A program made the translations under genes and the position numbers. From Neoechinorhynchus agilis (Eukaryota; Animalia; Acanthocephala), in contig CM121342.1 of assembly GCA_051530055.1 (NCBI GenBank), positions 9,811,480 to 9,875,479 on the forward strand: 64,000 nt of DNA, given 5' to 3'. The first letter of the stretch is position 1. The number at the start of each line of letters is the position of its first letter. The notes under the pieces were generated by a model, which saw nothing but the letters and a program-made list of their open reading frames with translations, was not told the origin of the DNA and made no database searches. Of the stretch, positions 37,960 through 49,187 are shown piece by piece.

Positions 37960-40160
37960 TCCAAAACAAAAGTGTGCAATGGTACATAGAAAAGTGACTA
38001 TTTTCGCGAATAAAACTAAAATTATGAAATTCTAAAGGAATTTCGCTTTTCTTAAAAAACTTCCCTCGCGTGTTAAGAACACTCCAGTTATCCGAAACAG
38101 ATCTCGTGCCCGACCTGTGTTCGGTCCCAATTAATTTGCGAATATTTTCGGAACAAAATCCCCATTTGAAATTTTTATAAAGAAAACTTTTGCATGGAAA
38201 ATTGTTTCTTAAAGCTAAATACAAAGGAACGACAATTTTTCTCCGGATTGCTTTCCTTGTCAACTTCTGTTGCTAAATAGCAACCAGAGACTTTACAACG
38301 AAAAAAACGAAGATGTGCAATGGTAAAAAGAGATTAAATAAGTGATTATTTTCAACGAATAAAACTCAAATTATGTAATTCTACCTGAATTTCGCTTTTC
38401 TTATATCATTTCCCCTCGCATTCTGTAGTCTAGCTTTAAAAACTTGAATCACATTGAGTTTTTGCTTATCCGAAACAGATCTCGTGCCCGACCGGTGTTC
38501 GGTCCCAATTAATTTGCGAATATTTTCGGAACAAAATCCCCATTTGAGATTTTTATAATGAAATCTTTTCCGACGGAACAAAATTGTTTCTTAAAGCTAA
38601 ATACAAAGGAACGACAATTTTTCTCCGGATTGCTTTCCTTGTCAACTTCTGTTGCTAAATAGCAACCAGAGACTTAACGAAAAAAACGAAGATGTGCAAT
38701 GGTAAAAAGAGATTAAATAAGTGATTATTTTCAACGAATAAAACTCAAATTATGTAATTCTACCTGAATTTCGCTTTTCTTATATCATTTCCCCTCGAAT
38801 TCTGTAGTCTAGCTTTAAAAACTTGAATCACATTGAGTTTTTGCTTATCCGAAACAGATCTCGTGCCCGACCGGTGTTCGGTCCCAATTAATTTGCGAAT
38901 ATTTTCGGAACAAAATCCCCATTTGAAATTTTCCCCTATGCAGTCAAAGAAATCTTTTCCGATGGAAAATTGTTTCTTAAAGCTAAATACAAAGGAACGA
39001 CAATTTTTCTCCGGATTGCTTTCCTAGTCAACTTTTGTTGCTAAATAGCAACCAGAGACTTTACAACGAAAAAAACGAAGATGTGCAATGGTAAAAAGAG
39101 ATTAAATAAGTGATTATTTTCAACGAATAAAACTCAAATTATGTAATTCTACCTGAATTTCGCTTTTCTTAAATCACTTCCCCTCGCATTCTGTAGTCTA
39201 GCTTTAAAAATTTGAATCACATTGAGTTTTTGCTTATCCGAAACAGATCTCGTGCCCGACCGGTGTTCGGTCCAAATTAATTTGCCAATATTTTCGGAAA
39301 AAATCCCAATTTGAAATTTTCCCCTATGCAGTCAAAGAAAACGAACATAGAGCTTGTTTTTGGATGGAAAATTGTTTCTTAAATTTAAATACAAAGGAAC
39401 GACAATTTTTGTCCGGATTGCTTTCCTTGTCAACTTCTGTTGCTAAATAGCAACCAGAGACTTAACGAAAAAAACGAAGATGTGCAATGGTAAAAAGAGA
39501 TTAAATAAGTGATTATTTTCAACGAATAAAACTCAAATTATGTAATTCTACCTGAATTTCGCTTTTCTTATATCATTTCCCCTCGCATTCTGTAGTCTAG
39601 CTTTAAAAATTTGAATCACATTGAGTTTTTGCTTATCCGAAACAGATCTCGTGCCCGACCGGTGTTCGGTCCAAATTAATTTGCCAATATTTTCGGAAAA
39701 AAATCCCAATTTGAAATTTTCCCCTATACAGTCAAAGAAAACGAACATAGAGCTTGTTTTTTTAATGGAAAATTGTTTCTTAAATTTAAATACAAAGAAA
39801 CGAGAATTTTTGTCCGGATTGCTTTCCTTGTCAACTTCTGTTGCTAAATAGCAACCAGAGACTTAACGAAAAAAACGAAGATGTGCAATGGTAAAAAGAG
39901 ATTAAATAAGTGATTATTTTCAACGAATAAAACTCAAATTATGTAATTCTACCTGAATTTCGCTTTTCTTATATCATTTCCCCTCGCATTCTGTAGTCTA
40001 GCTTTAAAAATTTGAATCACATTGAGTTTTTGCTTATCCGAAACAGATCTCGTGCCCGATCGGTTATGCTCAAAATTAATTTGCGAATATTTTCGGAAAA
40101 AAATCCCAATTTGAAATTTTCCCCTATGCAGTCAAAGAAAACGAACTTAGAGCTTGTTTT
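37960..40160. repeat. Tandem array, 382-402 bp unit, ~5.5 copies
   Basis: GCTAAATAGCAACC recurs at 38272, 38654, 39040, 39442 and 39843. An inverted dispersed partial copy lies at ~47200-47330. Confidence 0.95.
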
Positions 40161-40883
40161 TGCGAGGAGAGTGAGGATTCAGTTTTCGATACGGCGAAGA
40201 ATACGCTCCGCATTTCGAGTATGTAGACCAGAAGCATATCAACGTTTTTATAAAATTGAAAACCGTTGATTTTTGTGCGATAGATGAATATTACACGAAT
40301 CCAGAGTAAACTGGACGAATCACCAAAATTTAACAAAAAAAATGAAAGAAATTTTGCATTATCACCTCGTTTGAAAAACAATCTTAACTTTCGATATCTT
40401 GCTCATTAAAATATTCATAAAGCGACACCGAACGTGGACCAAAATCTTTAAGTGAAATTAAAAACTTTCTCGTTTATGATTCGCAACCAATCGCTGATCA
40501 ACATGATCTCAACTCTGAAGACCGCAATTTCTATACCACTCCAGCAACTAAACCTCCAAATGATAAAATGAATTAAAAATAAATTTTGTACAAATCAGGA
40601 ATCACAACGAATACCCTTAATACGGAAGAATAATAACATCCAAAATATAAGAATTTCATTAGTTCTTAGTTTTCGGATGCGATCCTGTAATTTTATTGGA
40701 TCGTAGCTCATTTGGGGCATTGGGCATCCTCAATTTAAGAGAATTCCGATTGCATTACTTTCAAGTATGAAATATCAAATTGTTTGAAGATTAAATTGTT
40801 CATACTTTTTTATATGGCGAAAGGCGCCGAAATATCTGATTTACATGAAAATTCCTTTAATTTTTCACCGCCATATAAAAAGC

Positions 40884-43800
40884 AAGTATCCATTGAGATT
40901 CAATCAAGCTTCTTTTATCAAATCTGAAAACTTAAATTTTATAGTATTTAAGATATCGCTCAAAGGTTCCTTTAAAAAGTATCTATTGAGATTCGATCAA
41001 ACTTCTTTTACTAATTCTGAAAACATAATTTTTATAGTATTTAAGATATCGCTCAAAGGTTCCTTTAAAAAGTATCTATTGAGATTCAATCAAACTTCTT
41101 TTATCAATTCTGAAAACTTAAATTTTATAGTATTTCCGATATCTCTCAAAGGTTCCTTTCAAAAGTATCTATTGAGATTCGATCAAACTTCTTTTATCAA
41201 ATCTGAAAACTTAAATTTTATAGTATTTCGGATTTCGTTCAAAGGTTCCTTTCAAGTATCTATTGAGATTCGATCAAGCTTCTTTTATCAAATCTGAAAA
41301 CTTAAATTTTATAGTATTTCCGATATCGCTCAAAGGTTCCTTTCAAAAGTATCTATTGAGATTCGATCAAACTTCTTTTATCAAATCTGAAAACTTAAAT
41401 TTTATAGTATTTAAGATATCGCTCAAAGGTTCCTTTAAAAAGTATCTATTGAGATTCGATCAAACTTCTTTTATCAAATCTGAAAACTTAAATTTTATAG
41501 TATTTAAGATATCGCTCGAAGGTTTCTTTAAAAAGTATCTATTGAGATTCGATCAAGCTTCTTTTATTAAATCTGAAAACTTAATTTTTATAGTATTTCC
41601 GATATCTCTCAAAGGTTCCTTTCAAAAGTATCTATTGAGATTCGATCAAACTTCTTTTATTAAATCTGAAAACTTAAATTTTATAGTATTTAAGATATCG
41701 CTCAAAGGTTCCTTTCAAAAGTATCTATTGAAATTCGATCAAACTTCTTTTAATGATTCTGAAAACATAATTTTTATAGTATTTAAGATATCGCTCGGAA
41801 GTTCCTTTAAAAAGTATCTATTGAGATTCGATCAAGCTTCTTTTATCAAATCTGAAAACATAATTTTTATCGTATTTCCGATCTCGCTCAAAGGTTCCTT
41901 TCAAAAGTATCTATTGAGATTCAATCAAGCTTCTTTTATCAAATCTGAAAACTTAAATTTTATAGTATTTAAGATATCGCTCAAAGGTTCCTTTAAAAAG
42001 TATCTATTGAGATTCGATCAAACTTCTTTTATTAAATCTGAAAACTTAATTTTTATAGTATTTCCGATATCTCTCAAAGGTTCCTTTTAAAAGTATCTAT
42101 TGAGATTCGATCAAGCTTCTTTTATCAAATCTGAAAACTTAAATTTTATAGTATTTAAGATATCGCTCAAAGGTTCCTTTCAAAAGTATCTATTGAGATT
42201 CGATCAAACTTCTTTTATTAATTCTGAAAACATAATTTTTATAGTATTTAAGATATCGCTCAAAGGTTCCTTTAAAAAGTATCGATTGAGATTCGATCAA
42301 GCTTCTTTTATCAAATCTGAAAACTTAAATTTTATAGTATTTCCGATATCTCTCAAAGGTTCCTTTCAAAAGTATTTATTGAGATTCGATCAAGCTTCTT
42401 TTATCAAATCTGAAAACATAATTTTTATAGTATTTCCGATCTCGCTCAAAGGTTCCTTTCAAAAGTATCTATTGAGATTCGATCAAACTTCTTTTATCAA
42501 ATCTGAAAACTTAAATTTTATAGTATTTAAGATATCGCTCAAAGGTTCCTTTCAAAAGTATCTATTGAGATTCGATCAAGCTTCTTTTATCAAATCTGAA
42601 AACTTAAATTTTATAGTATTTAAGATGTCGCTCAAAGGTTCCTTTCAAAAGTATCTATTGAGATTCGATCAAACTTATTTTATTAAATATGAAAACTTAA
42701 TTTTTATAGTATTTCCGATATCTCTCAAAGGTTCCTTTCAAAAGTATCTATTGAGATTCGATCAAACTTCTTTTATTAATTCTGAAAACATAATTTTTAT
42801 AGTATTTCCGATCTCGCTCAAAGGTTCCTTTCAAAAGTATCTATTGAGATTCGATCAAGCTTCTTTTATCAAATCTGAAAACTTAAATTTTATAGTATTT
42901 AAGATATCGCTCAAAGGTTCCTTTCAAAAGTATCTATTGAAATTCGATCAAACTTCTTTTATTGATTCTGAAAACATAATTTTTATAGTATTTAAGATAT
43001 CGCTCGGAAGTTCCTTTAAAAAGTATCTATTGAGATTCGATCAAGCTTCTTTTATCAAATCTGAAAACATAATTTTTATCGTATTTCCGATCTCGCTCAA
43101 AGGTTCCTTTCAAGAGTATCTATTGAGATTCAATCAAGCTTCTTTTATCAAATCTGAAAACTTAAATTTTATAGTATTTAAGATATCGCTCAAAGGTTCC
43201 TTTAAAAAGTATCTATTGAGATTCGATCAAACTTCTTTTATTAAATCTGAAAACTTAATTTTTATAGTATTTCCGATATCTCTCAAAGGTTCCTTTAAAA
43301 AGTATCTATTGAGATTCGATCAAACTTCTTTTATTAATTCTGAAAACATAATTTTTATAGTATTTCCGATCTCGATCAAAGGTTCCTTTCAAAAGTATCT
43401 ATTGAGATTCGATCAAGCTTCTTTTATCAAATCTGAAAACTTAAATTTTATAGTATTTAAGATATCGCTCAAAGGTTCCTTTCAAAAGTATCTATTGAGA
43501 TTCGATCAAACTTCTTTTATTAATTCTGAAAACATAATTTTTATAGTATTTAAGATATCGCTCAAAGGTTCCTTTAAAAAGTATCGATTGAGATTCGATC
43601 AAGCTTCTTTTATTAAATCTGAAAACTTAAATTTTATAGTATTTAAGATATCGCTCAAAGGTTCCTTTCAAAAGTATCTATTGAGATTCGATCAAGCTTC
43701 TTTTATCAAATCTGAAAACTTAAATTTTATAGTATTTAAGATGTCGCTCAAAGGTTCCTTTCAAAAGTATCTATTGAGATTCGATCAAACTTATTTTATT

Positions 43801-44340
43801 AAATATGAAAACTTAATTTTTATAGTATTTCCGATATCTCTCAAAGGTTCCTTTCAAACCTCAAAGTCCTTTAAAAGTATCTATTGAGATTCGATCAAAC
43901 TTCTTTTATTAATTCTGAAAACATAATTTTTATAGTATTTCCGATCTCGCTCAAAGGTTCCTTTCAAAAGTATCTATTGAGATTCGATCAAGCTTCTTTT
44001 ATCAAATCTGAAAACTTAAATTTTATAGTATTTAAGATATCGCTCAAAGGTTCCTTTAAAAAGTATCTATTGAGATTCGATCAAACTTCTTTTATCAAAT
44101 CTGAAAACTTAAATTTTATAGTATTTAAGATATCGCTCAAAGGTTCCTTTCAGAAGTATCCATTTGGATTCCACCAGTAATCCTTTATGGCATTTGAAAA
44201 CTTTGATTTTATAGTATTTCCGATTTCGCTCATAGGTTTCGTTTCAAAAGTATCGATTTAGATTCTGTCAAATTTTTTTGTGAATTTGGAAAGTTAATCT
44301 TTATAGTACTTCCGATATCGCTCAAAGGTTATTTCAAGAG
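40884..44340. repeat. Minisatellite array, 93 bp unit, ~36 copies
   Basis: Unit AAAAGTATCTATTGAGATTCGATCAA(G/A)CTTCTTTTATCAAATCTGAAAACTTAAATTTTATAGTATTT(AA/CC)GATATCGCTCAAAGGTTCCTTT(C/A). It translates on + as a 31-aa repeat and the edges are degenerate. Confidence 0.97.
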
Positions 44341-44719
44341 TTTTTTAGATTTTATAGCGAGTAACCATTGTTTTACCTTGGGGTTATATTCTTAGTCGAA
44401 GTTTTTATCACGTGGAAAACATTGTATTCAGTGTCAAATTCGACTTTTAAGTGTAAACTTATTCATAAATGATTTAATATGTAATGGTGGAAATCGAGGA
44501 CGAATATTAAAATAATCAAAGATTAATTAAAAAATGCTGTTTTAATTGACTGCAAAGCGCTTGAATTCGGATATATAAGTGGTAAAATACATTGTCAATG
44601 CTTTACAAAAAATCGCTATAATTATTTAATTCGGCCTTAAAATACAAGCAAAAAGATGCTGACCGATTAACAGACACCATTAAAACGGTTGGACTTTTAT
44701 AAGAACAAAAACAAATCTT

Positions 44720-45556
44720 CTATTTTCGTTTCAGATTAGCATTGAGCATTTTTAGTTGTGCGATTTGTTGAGCCAAACTCTGGTCGTAATCATCAATCAT
44801 TCGAGGACTTTCGACGATTAGTTTTGACACTGGTTTCACAATTTTTGTGTGTGTAACCGGCTGAAGGTTATACGGACGATTTGCTTCGAAGAGTCCTTGC
44901 CGTGAGCCAAATGTTGATGGGCCAATGATAAAAGGTTTATATCCCGGATCCATTGATTGAAATGGTGATAATGGTTGAGAATTATATTGGAGGTTATAAT
45001 CGAATGGTGTTGTGCTCATTTGTGATGTTGATCCGTAAAATGGATTACCCACTGGTTCTTGGTTTTTCATAAAGAATTGGATATCTTGTCGAGTAGGATA
45101 AGCAGGATCAATAAGAGGGTTTTGGTGTTGAATAGGGTTGTAATCTCCATAGATTTGGGTTGGACGGAACCCTTGGGATGGATGATGCTGTTGAAATTCG
45201 GCTGGATTGAACGGGCTCTGCTGAGCTTGAAGGTAATCCAGTTGGAAAGGAATTTGTTGAATCGACTGAGGCTGCTTTCCAAGCATCAACATGTCAAAGG
45301 GTCTGTTTGAAAGTGGCTCAAATTGAGCGAATCGAGATGATGTCGGAAATTGAAAAAATCTCTTAGATCTGGGATCAGACATTCGAGTTGATTCGTAAGC
45401 AGCTTCCTCTGTCAAATAAGGTGAGTTTCTGTCTAGATGGACATTGTAAACTTGCCGTCTGACTCGCTGTGGGATATATTTTGGACCCCCAGTCGGTCTT
45501 CCATTGAAGCCTCCGAGTGTCAGTACTATTACAACCAAAACGAAGTTTGTTTCCAT
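44720..45556 (-). CDS. Intronless Gln/Pro/Phe-rich secreted precursor with furin-type sites
   Basis: 278-aa ORF with signal peptide METNFVLVVIVLTLGG and RVRR and RSKR motifs. Confidence 0.7.
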   Translation of the reverse strand: METNFVLVVIVLTLGGFNGRPTGGPKYIPQRVRRQVYNVHLDRNSPYLTEEAAYESTRMSDPRSKRFFQFPTSSRFAQFEPLSNRPFDMLMLGKQPQSIQQIPFQLDYLQAQQSPFNPAEFQQHHPSQGFRPTQIYGDYNPIQHQNPLIDPAYPTRQDIQFFMKNQEPVGNPFYGSTSQMSTTPFDYNLQYNSQPLSPFQSMDPGYKPFIIGPSTFGSRQGLFEANRPYNLQPVTHTKIVKPVSKLIVESPRMIDDYDQSLAQQIAQLKMLNANLKRK

Positions 45557-47940
45557 TTTTAGTTTTCACTCAAAACGATGTTTTACCACTTTTGTTTGTC
45601 GAAAAATACACCTAACCGGTCACTTACGAATCGATTTTTTCATTCGCATAATTATTATGCATTTAATAGATCGATGATCGGGTCATCGTTTGTGTATCGG
45701 TGAACCCGTATTTTAGGCTGATCGTTATTTTTTTTAACTGTGCGATATTGTGGGTCGCTCAAATAATTGCCTTTAGAAATCCAAGTTCTCATTTCATCGC
45801 GTATTGTGAATCTGTCGAAAATCATATTGAACTTTTTATTTTGAAACACAGATATTTTTGGAACAGTACATTTACTTGTCTGAAACCCGCACTTGTTCCA
45901 TTTCAGTATGCAATTTATCGGTAAAGAAAAACAACATTTTCAATCTTAAAAGAAAACTGTGAATATTTTTTAATTTAGAAATCTCAGAATGATTTAAAGC
46001 AAAACTGAAACCGTGTTCAGGGTCTGATCTAGTACGATTTTCAATCTCTATTGCGATTAAAATTCGTTATTCGTCTTTATGGATTTCCCGAGATTCCTGA
46101 AAGTAGTGTCGAATTAAGAGAAGTTTTTGACTTAGCCATATACTAATTGCATGACGATGCTTTCAAACGATTAGCTTTAAAATGTACTATTCACTGTTTG
46201 AAGATTGATAATTATTCATGCTTGTTTATTGCGTAAAAATTGAATGAATTTTGTTTAATTCGAGATTTCTGCACAATCTCGTGCCTTTATCAAGGTTGTT
46301 TAAGGGTTTTATTTACACTTGAATAATTTTTGAGGATTTAAACAGTCGCGTTACTAATTTCCCTGATCATGAAAATATAGAAATAAAATTTATTTGGAAT
46401 GAGACGAGTCCTTATTTTTACAACGCATTCGCCTATTCATAATCTCAAAAGAAGCGATGGTTACCGTGATTGTTGTCAATAGAAATTTCATAGCGCTAAC
46501 CAGATTGGATAGTCTTAGGCAAGTGGTTTCCGCTCGGCACCTTGAAAAGACATCATTTCTTAAATTAAAGATTCATTGCACCATTATTGAATCCTTAGTA
46601 TAGATGGTAAATGAATCTGTGAACCACTTTAGTCTCGCTTCTGACATCTTTCATAAGTTTATAGCTCACACGAGCACATTTTATTGAGCCTATTGAGCGT
46701 ATCCGACAAAATGCTTTATTATCCAATGGAATAGTCTCATTGGATGAAAGTATCAAGTTCACTAAGGCAGTACTGAAAATTAGTACTAACACCATTCTTA
46801 AACGGACCTCTGCCGATAAACTCACCATTTTTTATTATTGAATTCTTAATTCAAACTTTAGTCTATTGACAGTTACTTAGCAACCATTTGTGTTTGATAC
46901 CAAAATTGGAAAATTCGAGTTATATTAGCTATTTTTGATACTTTAAGCAAAAAAAATGCGAATTTGCCTTTTTTACTGCATTTTGTCCTCGAAATTACTT
47001 TTTCTATTTACGCAGAAATATCATGGAATATAAGACGAAAATATATTTCAGCGTTAAAAGACGCCTTTAATCTGATTGGTCTTTTGAGATTTTATCTCTA
47101 CAAATCTTCACTTTTCATTAAAAATGCCGTCTCCACTATTCAGAAGTCCTCCAAAAACTCTATAAGAATACAAGCCTTCTAATATCTTATAAACTCCATT
47201 TGACCGAACACCGATCGGGTACGAGATCTGTTTCGGATAACCGAAAACCCAATGTGATTCTAGTTTTTGAAGCTAGACAACAGATATGAATTTTTTTAAC
47301 ACACGCGTGGGAATTGGTTAAATGAAAGCAAAATAGGGACAGCAATTCGAGTAAAATTGACGTTTCCGGTAATGATTTAAATTCCGCTATGTATAGTCAA
47401 ATACGATTAATTGGACCACAGTTTAATCCGAACAGCCAATTATTAGAACCAAAACGATCGCGTGGAGTTCACTGTTGTGCTACATATGTATCCTTCTACT
47501 GTTTTCAATTGATTTGGGAACATCCGTTAAGTTTAAGTAAAATTCGCTTTGCTTAAACAATTCTTTGAGTCAAGTGTTCTAATGCTCGAATATTTTGAAA
47601 ATTAACATGAAATAAATCAGCGTGTGCAATTCGAAAAACTTTTTTAAAAGTACACTAACAGAATACTATCTTCGTTTTTAGATGTTGTTTAAATCCACTG
47701 TGCCTGCAGTTCCATCAATAGAGTAAATATAAATAATTCAAGTTATATTGGCAGTATTTTCAAATGAATAATACAAAAATTTAATTGTACGGTTTTCGTG
47801 CGAAAAAGCTTTGATTTAGATTAAATCGCGCTTTTAAAGCACAAAAAATCTTTTATAATTCTATGCTAAAAAACCGTACGTTTGCTTTTGACATCCTGGA
47901 GAAATTATACTTTCAGATCACCGAAATTGTTCAAGTAAGG

Positions 47941-49187
47941 ATGGTTCTTACTTCACAACGATGGTTACCCTTGGCATTCTTCGCCCGGACAAAATTAGAT
48001 TTCAAAGTTCCGTACCCTCGTCATGATCGAATGAGAATGTTGGAAGAGATTACTAAGCCCGTAATTGAAATGGAAGTACCTGATCCAATTGAAGGCTGTC
48101 TACGTTTTAAAACAGCTGAAATGAAAAAATCTAACTTGGTTAGAATATCGGCTTTTTGCGATTTGTGTTAACATTTTAAAAATTATACAGATTTCAAAGT
48201 ATGACAAAGTTATGGCTAACTACATAAAGGATATGTTTGAGCGAAATGAGATGATTTTAATATGTCATGAACTTTGGGTTCGACCTATACTCGAGTTCAA
48301 TTTTCGTGTCATTTTAAGAGCAGAAGACTCATGCCAATTTCACATATCAGCAGCATGCTTTCAATTTTTTTGTAATTTGCATTTATTATTCAAAGAAGCA
48401 TGATATTTACGCCTAGCAAACATCTTCAGTAAAAAGCATTTCAAATTTTAGCGGTAAACTTTAAATACGATTGTTTGATTGATTATACCCGATGGGCACA
48501 TTCAATTTTTTTATTGTCGTATTAGAATCGGTCAGATACTTTTGAGATTTGGCATAAAAAATTGTTTTTAGAAATGTTGAATATTTTCCAAAAAGTATTT
48601 CTGAAAGTTGTATTCTACTAATTAAATTTTATTTCCTTAATCTTTTCACTTTTATAAAAATTAATGGCACGAATCTCTTGCTATGAAACAAAACGGGTTT
48701 GAAAGGCACTTATTTGATCCGCCGGCTTTCGTGTAAGTTAATTTGTTCAATTTACGTTTTTATCTAACCATTTGATATTAATTAGTGAGTACGTTAATAA
48801 ACACAATAAGCACAAAGAACTATTACCGATAGTGCTAAACGGCAGTGGAAATACCGTTTTTATTACATCAAATGAAATTAATTTAGACTCAGCTTTAAAG
48901 ATGATTCGACAAATGAATCATTATTATCTACTTGGTTAGCTTATTTTAACAAATGTAACTATCAGTATTCATTGAGAAGTCGAAAAGGTGCTCTGTTGAA
49001 TGGACAAATCGTGAAGGCGGATAAATTAAGACAATTATCGAGATCAACACCAACGCGGTCGGCAGCACAAGCAGCTATTCTTAGTACAATCATTAAGTTA
49101 TTGATCGGAATGTATTCATCTACTACCGGGTTAAAAATACCTGCTACGTTACTCAAAATGATCGAATACGGCGAGCGAGACCAATAA
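47941..49187 (+). CDS. MRPL10: Mitochondrial ribosomal protein uL10m, multi-exon
   Basis: Segments KLDFKVPYPRHDRMRMLEEITKP..C, then MANYIKDMFERNEMILICH, then KELLPI..NTVFITS..ALKMIRQM..YLLG|ALLNGQI..AQAAIL follow the uL10m layout. The internal exon boundaries are only partly resolved. Confidence 0.75.

Noticed and set aside
37925-40381. Short ORFs within the ~390-bp array, and a TTGACAA-GGA..TCC hammerhead-like stretch
   Set aside because: The ORFs are repeat translations. The motif lacks a correctly placed GAAA and stems I/III.
40845-44180. Long ORFs (150-595 aa) as genuine genes, or a minus-strand reading with TGA as Trp
   Set aside because: The ORFs are a by-product of a 93-bp unit with one open frame and have no distinct N- or C-terminus. 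The minus frame has a fixed TGA in every unit, and neighbouring genes (ArfGAP, KMT5A, AMMECR1, DPH3) use TGA as stop.
40884-44340. Hammerhead in the 93-bp unit (minus-strand TTGATAA..GATCGAATC)
   Set aside because: Stem II would be at most 3 bp and there is no GAAA after it.
22335-44340. Tandem arrays as CRISPR-like loci
   Set aside because: The context is eukaryotic, the units are contiguous without unique spacers, and there are no cas genes.
46595-46828. Signal-peptide-like 77-aa ORF
   Set aside because: Short, no family match, and the continuation is unresolved.
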